Assembly: GCA_002269645.1 (NCBI GenBank)
Contig: NIVC01002093.1
Location: forward strand, 1-64,000
Direction of reading: 5' to 3'
From: Macrostomum lignano
Taxonomy: Eukaryota
Length of the DNA: 64,000 nt
Part shown: piece after piece, positions 38,363 through 51,831 of the stretch
Layout: each line of letters begins with the position of its first letter
How positions within the stretch are numbered: the first letter of the stretch is position 1
Translations under genes and position numbers: made by a program
The notes under the pieces: model-generated
What the model was told of the DNA's origin: nothing
Databases searched by the model: none
What the model saw: only the letters and a program-made list of their open reading frames with translations

Positions 38363-41261
38363 CAGTGCAGCGAGATTAAGATGATTGAGAAGTGTAAGAA
38401 CTTTTACCAAGTGACATCGGATATGAAATATAAGTTCTGTTTAATAGGACATACTATGTTTCTTTATTTTGGCACCCAAGACTTATCTATTAGGCAAAAG
38501 TTACTTCAAAGGTTAAAAAACATATCGGATTTTGATGCGGCCTCGCTAAGGACATCCTCTCTGCTGATAAAATTAGCTCTATCTTTGATTAGTGCTAACT
38601 AACTTAGTGCATCATAAGTATCATTAGCTTAGTTGGCATTAGTTGGTTGATCATCAATATTTGGATAAGAGTTTCCAGTTCTGATGAATTCAGCTGCTTG
38701 ATCGAGGTTAGATGAGCGAGTGGAATTTCTTTACGTCTTATTTAAATGTAACTGCAATCCCGATAGGAGTATTGCTTATGATAGTATTGATAATAAATGT
38801 GATATACCCTGGTCAGGCTCGTTTTGAAGAGCAAAACTGCCTCTTGAGCCTTTGCGTTCGACGTCAGAGCCACAGGCTCAGCAAATTCTGCAAATTAGAA
38901 ATAGCATTTTATAGCTGGCAACATTCAAATTCGCATTAGTTTTGGATATTCCGCCAGTTTTATCCTTTGCAAACAAGTTTCTGGCCTTGAGGGCTCTTAA
39001 CGAATCTAAATAGCTTCCAGAAGGCTCGCGCCACCCAACAGTGGATGCATGAGGTGTGAAATCAAACAGGATTAATGGACTTGCATTATCTTCTGTTTGC
39101 AAAAAATTTTCTCATTTTCCTGAGTATGCACGGATACGAACTCAGGCAAGCACTTAAAAGGGGTACCTTCTCATCGTGAGGCATGAAATCCCCAACTTCA
39201 TGTGGGCTGCGCAGGGACTCGAACCCCAGATATAAATGCAGGCTGCTAAGCTCGTCTTCCAAACAAGCAGAGTGCCAGAGGAACTACTAAGTCCAGGATT
39301 TTTCTCGTGATGATAGATCACGAGCTGTCTGCACAAAAATAGTGATAGAAAGCACAAGCGGTTGCCATAGCGACTTTGTAGTGGGCAGGCTGAGACCAGA
39401 AAGAAGGGAGGATCTCAGCGATGGGATGCGAGTGTAATTTAGGAGTCAGGACACAAAATTTGCCTCACTGCAATGAGATAGAAATAAGTGTGCATAGAGA
39501 CATGATTAGCTGTGTGGTGCCTCGCGATTGACGGCTCAAAGTTAGCGCGAAAGGCGAGAGGGCGGTCAGGGGGCGCATGGATCAGTGACAAGAGGAGTTG
39601 AAGAATCCTACTCAACCGCGACTGCATGAACAATTTCAAGATTTCTGTTTCAATTCAGCACTGCAACTCTGTACTATTCAATGTATCAATTCATGACTTT
39701 CACGACAGTGGGCTTCACGTAGTCTCAATGCTCTGCAAAATATCATAAGCCAAAGGACGTCGAAAACTTTGCCAAACACCAGGCACTGGCTCGTCTCATA
39801 GCTCAATGACGTTCAGGTGAGCATGAGAATCTCCAGCTGTTTGAAGCTGTAGTACCTTCCATCAGTGATGTTTGTGGGGGCATTGCGATACCAAAAGATG
39901 CCCTTGGCCCGGTCTGCAGCTGACACATTCAGGGCTGTCGGGTAGTTGAAGTACTTGCCGAACGGACCGGAGTTGTGGCAGCATGCGTGCCAGTGAGGCT
40001 GCTCGTATTGCACTGCACAGTTACTAAAACAAACACTCCATCCGCGATCTCGAGTGACAAACTGCCTGTTCAATCCTTGAATCAGGCCGTCATCAAGGCC
40101 TCCAGCCGGTGCATAGGTGTAGGCAGAAATCGTGTAGTTGGTGCTCTCGGCTTGAATGAGCACGTTCAGGTAGTAGGCGTAGATGTAGGCGTCGTTCCAG
40201 TACAGCAGGTCGACGCGGAACCGGTTGCTGGGCAGAGCGCTGGTCCGATTGTGCAGCCACTCCAAGCCTAGTGTTATGAAATTCGCAGGTAATGAAATTG
40301 CATGTTGGTTCTCAACAATTGAACTAAATAAACAAGCTAGCGCACAGAGGAAGAAATCACTAGAGAGGGGCCCCTTTTTACAATTCCAATAGCAAATAAC
40401 AAGCGGAACTTTCTGCAACTAGAAGAGACAATATTTCACATATGTGCCAGACCATTGGGGGTTTGGTTGATTGCCATGGCTCCAATTTATCACTTTTGTC
40501 ACATCCAATTTGACTCCAACATCGGGTACTAGCATGTATAATTGAAAGTTCCGCCTCACCAGCAAAGTAGTTGCCGTGATAAGTGCCGAAGCCGGTCTTG
40601 TACTCGGCCCAGAGCCGGTCGAAGCTCAGCGCGTCCGACACTCGCAGGTTGACGGTCTCGAAGCACTGCTGAGTGCCCACAGTGTAGAACTCCTGCGTTT
40701 GAAGTTTGACGTGCAATGTAAAGAAAAGCGTCTACTGTGGTAGCCCTGATCAAGCAATGCTTTCCCAACACTCACATAGACGGCCAGCTCAGAGCTGTTT
40801 GGAGGCTGCTCGAACCAGCGGCACAGCGGGTAGTCGGTGAGCAGAGAGCAGTTGCTGGAGTTGAACACAATCCCACGACAGGCCGGCACCTCGCTGCACT
40901 TGTCAACGCAGCGAACCAGCGATGAGACAGCCGGCTGGTGCTGAAGAAAGGCGGCGATGATCTTCACCGAGTTGCTGGGAATGTGGACCCGCTTGTGCGT
41001 CACGTTCCGGTCCACCAGGTACGCTGCGTCGGTGCCTCTGAGCAGCTGCTGCTCAAAGTCGCCAGCCTTCCAGATCTGCACACCGTCCTCAGGCCGAATC
41101 TCCCTGGCAACAAAGCTGCTGCTGCTCAAGCCCGGCTCGCTCGCATTGTAGATGACGAGCACCTGGCATTCGAGGATCGCGGCTTTTTTGACGACTGCGA
41201 CAGCGCAGGACGTTGCCCAGCACTTCCACAGGCAGAGAACATCTGATCGAACACCCGTCTC

Positions 41262-44200
41262 CCCGGTGAAAAATTCGACCCAGAATCGACCCAGAATATT
41301 CTGTGTCGATTCGATGTCGAATTTGCACTCAGAAATTTTGGAAATTCGATCATCGAAATTTCGACGAATATTCGACTACTGCTATCACAGCTACTTTTAG
41401 TAGTGTTACAAGTATATTTAAAAGTCGTTCTAAAGAAAAAGAAAATCGTCTGCTTTTTTATGAGTTAATTTTTACCTAATTGTATTGTATCCATCGCACA
41501 GCTGTGATACGTATATTTCTGTCTATTTAGATCATCAAACAGTTTAAAGTTACATACAACTTGTTATGTTGCGAAATTTCAGTATTAAAAAATCAGAGCT
41601 TCTTTTCAAAAAAATTGCATAATAACAAGACTAATAAGGTTTCGGACAGTGCTGAAAGTTTGCATGTTACGAAAGATATTTTTGAGCAGAAAAAAACAAA
41701 TTTATGAAGCACTATACTCGAGATGAGAATGACAATATATTCCTTATAGACGCTCAGCTATTAAACTATGCTAATTAGACTACATTATAATTATTTGCTA
41801 AAATTTAATAGTCAGCGATCGGGTTACTTTTAGCAAAGGCAGGCAGGACAGACAGAAGCCACGCCTCGCAGCGCTCAGTCACTCTGCGCTGGCGGCAGGA
41901 CCACCACTGGAGCTCTTTTGCTGGGGAGTGCGCAGGCCATATCGTACGGGGGCCATCCGAGAGGAAGTTAAAAATGCGCTCCTCCACCTTCGTGGCGTGC
42001 AGAATTGTACTTGGCCTTTCGAGATTGCCTCTGAAATGAAATTGAAATTCATTTAGCAACACGAGGTCTCTATAGCCTACTACCAATAGTAGCGTTCGTT
42101 AAGTCGTTAAACTAGATAAAGTTATGATCTCAAACCTAAGTAATCTATACTCATTGTCAGTTCATATCAGCAACGCACCTTTCACTACGGCCTCGAAGCC
42201 AACTGAAGCTTATCTTGTCGTTATTTCCAGTGCGGTTGAAGTCAAACTGGACATGGAGTCTTTCCCTTCCAGCATGCAGAGCTCTCGTATCTGTGGGAAG
42301 TAGAAGTATGTGTGTTTAACGATGATCTTATTTAGAGCATTAAACTGATCAAGAAGTTTTTGCAAGAAAAAACTGCAGGGCATCAAGCGAAATCAACTCA
42401 CCACTCATTGCTTCTGGAAATTACTGACGCCAGCATCCTGGCCTGCACGTTCAGCGCTCCTGTGGCCTGTGGGATGAATTTATGAATGCACGCAATGAAT
42501 TTGCTTGACTGTTGCCTAACTACAATGTACAATATACGTTAATTTCAGCACTTTATTATACTTTTTAAAGCGATTTTCTTAGCACGCACAATGGTCGAAA
42601 CTCGAAAGTGGGCTAAACTATAACGTATCAGATAAAGTACTCGTAATATTATATTAATCTATATCTATATATAAGATATATTTGCCACCTTAAAAATTGT
42701 ACTAAAAGTGGTGCTGACCGACTAGAGCAGGATTTAGAAACTTACTGATGAGTTCTTGCTGAGCTCCTGACTCCTACAGATTAACAGTGGCATCGTATAC
42801 TGCTGACAAAAGGTTCGGTTTGAATGCAGTCTCTGTGCTTTATGCTGCTGTAGACTCAGCATTTCTGCTGTTTGAATACCTCGGGGAACAGTTCGTTCGT
42901 TGAGAAGATCCTGTAAAGACACAATCAGCATCACAATTGATGTCGCCATCCATCAGTCTGATAGTCAGCCGATATTTGCTGAAATTTCAAATATAGTTTC
43001 GATAAATTTTAGCATGTCTAAAACATAGTTTGCACAAAGACAAAGCCGATTACATGAAACACTTACTTCATCTGGGCGATATGAGTTCCGGCGCTGCTTC
43101 ACTCTGTCGTTTCTTTCAGCAGACCTGCGCACGCCAGCTCTCTGCAGGCATAAAGCTTAGCCGGCTTCAAGTCCTCCTTTGTATTCCCTACTTGTATGAC
43201 CACCGCCTTATACGGTCTGGCCTCGCCATCGACCACACGGTAGTTGACGCTTAAAACTATGGGGTTCATGTCTAAGCTAGCTAATTCTAAAGATTGCAAG
43301 CTTGCAAAACTCGCTAAAAGAAATTGGAAGCACAACTCGGCAGCAATGTAGGTTCGTGATGTAAAAATATATTTCAAAGACACTTTTAGGTAAAATTATT
43401 TGGGATCGGGGAGCGCAATAGAATATGCAGCGCACCGGTTGGCTGTGAGGAAGCCTTCCGTGCTTTGTGCTCTCACTCACAGAACTCCACTCGGGTTATC
43501 CCCTCCCCCTCCAGCAGCTGTTCCCCCTGTTCCTCTGTTCCCCTCCCCTCGAAATCGCCAGTTGCATGTCAGTCACTCATTTGATTGGATGAAGGGGAGC
43601 CCCTCGTGGAGAAAAGCTTGCGGGCGCCCATATTCAAAGCTTTTCGTCCAGGCTCTGACTTCGATATGATATATTTAGAGAGAGAGAGAGAGAGATTTTT
43701 ATCACAGTAAACAGTCCCTGTCTCAGTGTCTTGACCTCGTTATTCTCTGTATTTTGGCGCTCCACTTGGATGTCTGGGCTAAAAACTTCCGCCTCTGGAT
43801 CTGCATTGAAAAAAACTCCGCTAAAATTGGCCAGCTCCATTGAAATATAGATAATGATCTTGGTCCCAGACCCCAGACCCCATCTGCTTTCAAACAGCGA
43901 GTTTGCAACAGTGAACCGTCCCAGCGAGCTCGAAAGAGTGGAAACAAAGACGGAGTTTAGCAATAAAATCTCCCCAGATTGGTTTATATTTCTACAGTTT
44001 ATATGGAATCCTCAATGCTCATACTCAATTTCTCACCCTCTGACCAACATTAAAGGGCAAAGTTTGAAAGATTTACTCAATTACTTATACAACTACGAGT
44101 AACAGTCAGCAAGTGATAGTGAAAACGAAAAAAAATAGATTAGTAGAGCACAAAACCGCACACAGAGCAAGTAAACCATTTTCATGGAGAATAAATTTGA

Positions 44201-45404
44201 GCTTATCGATCGTTCAGACTTTAAATGCTAAAGAATCTTAGACTCCCATGAAGCTAGCATTTGCGTAGGGGGGACTGCTTTTTCCTTCTTGCCTTGCCTT
44301 GCCTTTTGCCTGTTTTGTTTTCATTCTCTCTTTGTGTGATTCTGATTAAACTTTATTTTGGCCACCCCTTCTATTTAACTGAGAAAAACCTTGGATAGAT
44401 GAGCCCACCCACTGCCCGCACAGCTCCAGGCGTGAATTTTTCCGGCCATAAATCTTCTATACAACTAAATCTTGAATAAAAACTGAACTGGACTGCGTAC
44501 CCAGGACTTGGAATCTGTCAAAATGACAAAGGAAAGTCTCTCCGCCTGCAGCTATACTATAGATACTTTTTGGTCTGGGATAAATATTGTTTGCGATAGC
44601 TGTGCCCGGCCGCCACCTGGCTACCATTTCTATTCATCCAACTCTGATCCATTCAAAAAATTTCCCTTTGTTTACTTAAATTCTGCCATTCTGACGCACA
44701 CACAGCATTCGAATTCGCGCTGATATGAGGGGGCGCGGCCCACGCCGCCCACCACAGAGACTATGGGATGGGGCGCCAGAAAATCCGTCACGTGTGCTCA
44801 TGGAGAGTAATTCTGAAAGATAGGTTCTGGTCCTAGGGTTACTTTTTTGGTCTGTGCTTAAGAGAGCAGCCTTATTTAATAATTACTCTAGGATAGCTTG
44901 TTGGACGGCGAGGTAAAGCGGTTATAAGACAAGGTTAATTGTGCCAGAAATATTTACTGGCTTTAATTAACACACTTCTAGCAGAATATCTAGCAGAATA
45001 GGGTAATGCAGTTGCATTGAATTTCCTGCAAGATTGTACTTTGCATGCAGCAGTCAGCATCGATAAAGATCAGAACAGACCAATAGAGAACTGTACCGGC
45101 CTATTCGTTTATTACTGCGCTTGCTGCGCAAAACTGTGACGGTTGTAACTGTATGAGCTTTAGAATTTCAAAACAGTTAGTATTTACTTGCAAATTTTCG
45201 GTTTTACCCCTTGATTTTAGAAAATTCTTTGCTGACTACTTAGGTATATAGAATAGTAGAGAATGACGAATATCTAAGCAAAAATTAGTTGACAGAATGT
45301 TCGGCCATTTTTCGACCATGCTTCGACCAACGCATGTTCCCTCTCTGAAAATTCGATGTTCTCCCTAGATTCGACAGAGAATCGACGTCGAATTTTACAC
45401 CGGG
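41262..45404. mobile_element. CACTA/EnSpm (CMC)-like DNA transposon, 4143 bp, probably non-autonomous
   Basis: TIRs CCCGGTGAAAAATTCGAC / GTCGAATTTTACACCGGG. 2-bp TSD TC, defined by the empty site CCCGTCTCGTTGAG in copy C. Many subterminal (A/T)TCGA(C/T) repeats at both ends. I recognised no DDE transposase motif. Confidence 0.8.
41805..42290 (-). CDS. Putative spliced ORF inside the transposon, weakly DUF4806/BEN-like
   Basis: Exon 42290..42179 (AG...GT; phase 1 in, phase 2 out) splices in frame to an exon starting at 42030: ...VQFDFNRTGNNDKISFSWLRGRSERGNLERPSTILHATKVEERIFNFLSDGPR... The family resemblance is from memory of the motif. Upstream exons are unresolved. Confidence 0.35.
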
Positions 45405-46577
45405 TCGTTGAGCAGCTCGCTGCTCACGTAGCTGCCGATGCCGATGAAGCCGCTGGTCACCCGATCGTAGAGACCTCCGGTGACGGCGCTGAGGTCTGCG
45501 GCGGAGACCACAGCTGAAAGGGGTGTGAGTGAGCAGTGAGTGAGTAGAGTCTCTCCATCAAGGTGGCACCATTTTCATGCAGACTCACCCGTGAGCAGCT
45601 GGCACAGAAGCAGCTGCAGCGGCTCGGACCGCTTGGCTGTCAGCTTCATTGCAGGCAGCTGAGTTGCTGGGCAGATTTTACAGTCAGCGATCGGCTCTGC
45701 TGATGCGAGATGATCCGCGATGAAGCTCAGCTCCTGATGGGGCTCCTGAAATATGGGATTCTGCCGCCCCCAGAGCTGATAAATACAAGCTGGTTGCCAA
45801 GCGCCTGACAAACCACCCCTCGCCTCTCTTTCTCCGCTGTACACGGCGGCCCCGCAGTGCCCAGTTATGGTGCAGCGGCTCGGAAGCCATTGGTTCCAGG
45901 ATTGGTGGCGGTGATGGCTGTTTGGCCTGGGGCTGTCTTCCCATCTTTTCAACAACTGCTGTACGCTTATGTCGGATCTTAGTTGTCTAGATTTTTACCT
46001 CTAACCCCTCCGCCTCCCGCCTTCTTTGGCTCTCTTGTCTCCATTAAATGATTGGCTAGCAACAGCATGGCAACAAGCAAGCATTCCCTGTGCGAGAAAA
46101 GTGTGGACTAAGGCAGAAAGATACGACTGAGAGTTGACGACGCCTCTTGGCGTTTATTAGATCAGAATTCAGGCTGTCTGGCTTGGGGCAGCTTCCTATC
46201 TGTTTATCAACTGCTGGGTGCTCATGTCGAGTCTTTATGGTTGGGTGGCTTGGTCTTCTCCTGCTCCACCTCTTCGCCTCCCACCTACCCTGTCTCTTTT
46301 GCTTCTATTAAACTACCGGCTAGCAACAGCTAGAATAGCAACAAGCAGCATTTCCTGGGCGAATGTGCTTAGTTAACAATTGCTTGAAATATTTTAAGCT
46401 TAATTTGATGGGCAAAGAATATTATTTAGAACTCAATTCCAAAAAAAATTTACAAGAAAAAGACGCAAAAGCTTAAAAGTAAATTCAATTGTTATTTAGG
46501 GTCAGAAGGCACGCCGCACCTCGAGCGAGCGTTCCAAATGTTAAAGAAGTCAGCCTTCAATCTATTAATTCTCCTTA

Positions 46578-48713
46578 CATGGACAACTAGAGTAGAAGGA
46601 CGCTACACTCGGCTTTCGTGGAAATCGGGCTGGAGGCCAAATTTTCGCGTAAATACACTAGCGAGATAGAAGAATATATTATTTTTCATGCGAAATAGGC
46701 AGCTAAATTTGATTCCAAGAAGCAGTGAAGTTCTTATTTTGATATAAGTTGAAAGAGTTATTACTTTGTTGAATTTTATATGGCTTTCATCGCGAAAGTG
46801 TAGCATTCTATTTTTTCATTTACATTATAATTATAACTATAGGCCTAATTATAAGGTATACTCTACTCTAGTAGGCCTGTGGCCTATCTAGTAGTATAGT
46901 ATTCCCTACTATTATTAATAGGCTCTGCATGTCATTGTCTGCAGGACAATGACCAAGCCAGTCTATACATCCTATCTGCAGCTAGTAGATCTTAAATCTC
47001 ATGCCTATAGCCTATGATCAATTTATAGCTACTTAGTATATTACAAGAGTTGCAATCTAGAGTGTTATGGATATTCATTCATTCAAGCATACAAACCCAA
47101 CCTTAGAGATTTCGTATATTTAGATAGGGTAGCTTTAATTTTTGTTTACTTTGATTTGAAATGATTGTTTTATAATAGAAAACTATTGATTTGTATCTAT
47201 GCTATCTATGTAGACTCTAACTCAGATGTCAGACATCCCAACATAATCATTACCTTTAAGTTTGATTTACTTAGAATTGTAACTGATGTAGGCCTATGAT
47301 AATATCATATTTATATACCATTTAATGTCTTATGGCCAATTGTCATTGATTATATATATATCTATATATATATATCCCTAATGTAGTTAATATAGTTATT
47401 CAATTTTTATTGTACTTTTCAGACTATCACTAAGTTGGATTTTTTTTCGCCCGAGACAAGGTGCGAAATCTCACCTTGTGCCAAATTTCAAGGTGCAATT
47501 TTAAGGCTCAGAGTGCAATTTCTCTTGTTTCAAAAAATTGGGAATATATATAGACATGTCTTATATAAAGCTATAAACATATAGGCCATATGACTTAGTA
47601 GGTTATAGGAGTTATTTCATTTCATATTTTAAGGCAGTGTAAATGAGCTTAAGCATGTTAAGCCTTAAAAATGGTTATAAGATTGCACTTAAACTGCACC
47701 TAATTTTTCAATTTCAAGGTGCAATTTTTTTTTAAATTTTAGGTGCATACGCACACTCTGCGCACAAAAAACCTAGGCACTAAGCATATGGGTATTTGCT
47801 CAAAGCATTGGCCAGATGGTACACCACTTATTAAAGTAAACAACTGTTTCTAACCAGTTGACCCACCATTGTTTTTTTTTGTATCCACCAAGTTCCCTTT
47901 GGTAGACATTTAAATGTAAATTTGCAGAAGTTATGATTGTTTAGTTACATATTTCTTTTGTTTATTTATAGGCTTCATCAAACACTTCATTTATGTGTCA
48001 TCAAGGAATGTGGAGAAACGAAATCTCACTTCATTACAACGATGTCAGTTAGCAGCTGAGCTTCCTGAATTCAATGACATTGATAGAATTGGTGACTGGA
48101 AAATACTACTATCTACAAGTTGGCTACCTGGCATAGTGGTGACTGGGGAACCTGCATGGACAATCGAAGTCATTCATCTTTATTGCCTTATTGCTTTAAA
48201 ATTATAGTATTGTTTGTTTCATTGTTGATATAGTTCTGATACAATTCATGTAGAGTATTGTTATATTTATCTCAATTGCTTCCAACTCTTGGATATATCC
48301 GAAAACTTTCGCCTTTAAATCTATGTAAAAGCCTACGAGTATAATATACACATTCGCACTTGTTTTTATACAGCTTTTATAAGCTGATTATGCATCAGAT
48401 ATTTTACTGATGGCACAAGATAAAAGAATCTACTAGAAGGGAGCTGTGGCTTGTGTGGCCTAATGGGTCTGTTTTGACTTTCGACTGCATTATTTTCTGA
48501 CTGATCATAGTTTTCCATACATGTTCAGTGCCGATTAATAGCAAAGATGAGCATTAATCGTTTTTACTAGAGACAACAAATTTCTGAGCAACCCAGTGAA
48601 AGAATTTTTAGTTTTCATGCAGCTAATCAAGAGATATTGACTTTTGAATTTTGGCCTCCAGCCAATTTTACACGATTCGCGAGTGTAGCGTCCTTCTACT
48701 CTAGTTGTCCATG
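46578..48713. mobile_element. P-superfamily-like non-autonomous DNA transposon, 2136 bp
   Basis: TIR CATGGACAACTAGAGTAGAAGGACGCTACACTCG...GCTGGAGGCCAAAATT, inverted at both ends (34-bp perfect outer part). 8-bp TSD TCTCCTTA at 46570-46577 and 48714-48721. CATG termini with an 8-bp TSD fit P elements; hAT is not excluded. Confidence 0.8.
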
Positions 48714-48721
48714 TCTCCTTA

Positions 48722-48880
48722 TTGCACGGCAGCTGCGGTGCGAGCTTATGGAGTCCGCAAATTTGGGCCATCCGGGCATTGTAGGACCAACAGCAGCTTC
48801 GCGAATTCACCTGTTGGCCAAGCATGGACGCCTACATTGAAACGTTCGTCAGAGATACTCTTATGTCCGCGACCCTGGGT
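48722..48880 (+). mobile_element. Gypsy integrase zinc-binding domain relic
   Basis: RQLRCELMESANLGHPGIV, then after a frameshift CWPSMDAYIETFVRD (cf. LH.GHPGI...WWP.MD..IE..V). Confidence 0.55.
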
Positions 48881-50112
48881 ACCGCGTCCCTTTGTGGTTT
48901 GCCCACAATCCTTTATCATGGCTTTTGAATAATGGATAACAAACAATGGATAAGACTTCAACCTACTGGTAGGGCCCTTCTAAACTTAACCTTAGTCCAA
49001 GGCCGGTTCCGCTGGCAGATCCCAACCGGAGCTCTTGAAACCAATTAGGTGCCCTCGAAAAACCTAATGGCCCTGCCGGTGGATCAAAGGTAACCGCTAG
49101 CTCTGAACCGAATCGGGCAGCTCGAATGGCTCAAACGCACTGACATCGCCCAAGAACCCCTCTGCAAACAAGCTGGCCCAGATTGGCGCCACAGTCCACA
49201 GTTCAGCCTCAGAAGTGCAGATTTCAGTTCTCTGTAACTCTGCAGCTTTGAACTTCTAAAGTTTCCCTAAACTGTGTAATCGATAGGGTTGAGGTCTGTG
49301 TCAATTTATTAATTATTTAAATAGCGCATTTTTCAACCCCCACCCAGCACAAGGTGGAGGCATGCCTTCCAAAACGTTTTCCAAAGATTTAGTGATCATG
49401 ATCAGTGACCAAATTATAAGCAGAGAAACTGACTAACGGTCACCGTTGTTGTATTCATGGTTAAATTAAAAGTTGCTGAATATACAGTGCATATATAAAT
49501 TGGTCTACTGAACAGAAGAAAAAAACTATGAGGAAGGTACAGGGTCTCGGGTAGGAAATTAAGCGCAAATGTATTTTTTTAAAGTTCATTGACGCATGTC
49601 TTAAGGCTGTAGCAGTAGGCATGGCATCTGTGGTATCTGTTTTGAGCAAGTTCGAAATGTAAGCTTAATTATGGGGTAATAAAACGCATTAAAAACAGAA
49701 GTCTAATTAATTTTATCCCCCCTAAGGGACTTAGCTAGTCAATATGATATACTAAACTATTTTTGTAATATCCCTTAATTCGTTTATTGCTATCGAATGC
49801 TGTCAAATAATGCAAACGAGCGTACTAAAACTTAATTATAAAGAGCTAAAACTCATTTTCACCTGATCAACTAAGAAAGCCATTTGTGGATGAAACTGAC
49901 AGCCTTCGCGAGTGCTGCACTCTAAAATAATGAGCACAAGAATTAACAACTAACAATATAGATTGACATGCTGGTGGTACAAATTCAAAGCTGCATACGC
50001 AAAGTTAGATATTTTAGTTTAAATTATCAGATAACTTGTTCACAAACAGGTGTTATATTATTAGAATGGTCTCTGAATAGGCTTTGCTGGTGCCGCATAT
50101 ATTCTAAAGCGT

Positions 50113-50290
50113 TTTAGCCTAGTGTTTAGTGACTCGCGACAGAAAGGTCGGAGGTTCGAAGTTCGAACCCCTCGAAACAACTTGTGCCCTTAAGCAAGAC
50201 ACTTAACTCTGCACTACTTCAGTTCACCCAGCTGTAAAATGGGTGCCAACATTTGCTGGGGTAATTGAGGGTGTGGCGACCCCGCCCCCG
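50113..50290 (+). mobile_element. tRNA-derived SINE copy
   Basis: AGCCTAGTG (A box) ... GGTTCGAA (B box) ... CCCTTAAGCAAGACACTTAAC...CTTCAGTTCACCCAGCTGTAAAATGGGT. Homologous to 4605-4810. Confidence 0.65.
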
Positions 50291-50794
50291 TCCTTGGACT
50301 GAACAGCCGTACGCAGCCTTCAGATGTACCGCGCAATAGCTGCGGCTGAGCTTCGGTTGCGACAAATTATACTGTAGACTGGTGCATGCGGTGTTTTTCA
50401 CTTGACCCGTTATCAACTACAAATTCCCTGATATGTGATGCCGCATGACGTAGGCACATGTAAGACTCTGAAGTCAATTATAATTAGCTGCAAACCTTAC
50501 AACCAAGTTGAGCTTGTCTTGACTCCAAGGAAACCCAACTTGCGTGAACTATAATTGGAATATTGACGATTGAATTCGTCAAATTGGGTGCCTTAGAAGA
50601 CTCCATATAAACTCAAAATAAATGCACAAAAAGAGTGAAAGACAATGCAAGCGGTTGCCATAGCGACTATATAGAGGGCAGGCTGCGACCAGAAGAACAG
50701 AGGATCTCAGCGATGTCATGCGAGTGTATCTCAGAACATCAAATTTGTCTCATTGGCAGCAAAGGCTAAATAAGAATGACTTGAGTAGAACGCA

Positions 50795-51352
50795 AAGAGG
50801 TTGTGAACTTAAGCGCGATTTGGAAGCCGTGAGTCCAGCAACCAAACCGCTGCGAAATTCTCACTATTCAGACCCAAAATAGACAAGAAAAGTGTAATTA
50901 ATCTTTCTTCCACCCCGGCCGCTTCCGCATGGGATAAATGGGGAAAATTGGGGATTTCATGTGAACTTAAGGCTCTGAAATGGAAGCGGTGGCCGATTGA
51001 CCCGGTTTCTCTATCGCATCTCTCTATCATTTGGTCTCGACCGGATCTGGTCTCGACCAAATGATAGAGAGATGCGGTTTTCAACAATTCTACTCTCATT
51101 GTCGGTCCAGTAGAGTACTGTAGAGAGATCCGATAGAGAAACCGGGTCAATCGGCCACCGCTTCCATTTCAGAGCCTTAAGTTCACATGAAATCCCCATT
51201 TATCCCCATTTATCCCATGCGGAAGCGGCCGGGGTGGAAGAAAGATTAATTACGCTTTTCTTGTCTATTTTGGGTCTGAATAGTGAGAATTTCGCAGCGG
51301 TTTGGTTGCTGGACTCACGGCTTCCAAATCGCGCTTAAGTTCACATCCTCTT
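50795..51352. mobile_element. Foldback/MITE, about 558 bp, with about 215-bp near-perfect inverted arms
   Basis: AAGAGGTTGTGAACTTAAGCGCGATTTGG... and ...CCAAATCGCGCTTAAGTTCACATCCTCTT. Absent from the homologous position downstream of copy D (about 56125). No clear TSD. Confidence 0.85.
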
Positions 51353-51831
51353 ACAATTAAAAGCAAAGAGTGCCGCCGATACCAAGCATAAGATAAATAA
51401 AACAAAAGATTAACGCCTTGAAATCTTATTGGCATGCCAAAGAAGAGAAAAAACAATTGAATGTAGTCTAATTTATGCAATTTGAAAAGCGATTTATATT
51501 TTATCGTAGCTAGAAACATAACTGATAAAAGATTTTTATTTGTGCAGTGCTTCCAGACTGACTGCTCAAATTTAGAGCAAAACTCCAGACTACGGTTTAA
51601 ACACGGAGGCATCCATCGGGCTAAGAAAGGAGGCGCATGGGTCAGTGAGAAGAGGAGTTGATTGATTCCCACTTAGACGCGATTGCACAAACGATTTAAA
51701 ATTTTGTTTAAATGTAGCACTGAAACTGTTGGACTCTGTGCTATTCAATGTACCAATTGACACCCTTAACAAGGGCTTTAATCGTACTTTTACAATTGCA
51801 CTTACTCTCATGGCTCGAGTATAGTTGACGT

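Larger units (their letters stand above)
39813..45649 (-). pseudogene. Copy B: PAN-PAN-FReD gene interrupted by a DNA transposon
   Basis: Exons (minus) 45649..45589, 45513..45405 [insertion 45404..41262] 41261..40776, 40692..40560, 40267..39813. Removing the insertion and one TC restores ...SSELLNETGVRSDVLCLWKCW... and an open frame through GFGTYHGNYFAGLEWLH...KQLEILMLT*. Confidence 0.85.

Noticed and set aside
39200-39260. tRNA gene on the minus strand (GGGTTCGAGTCCC B-box)
   Set aside because: No acceptor or anticodon stems could be paired; more likely a SINE relic.
47971-48207. THAP or transposase remnant inside the P-like element (CVIKEC)
   Set aside because: That frame stops after about 20 codons and no other THAP residues (W, C, HF) are in register.
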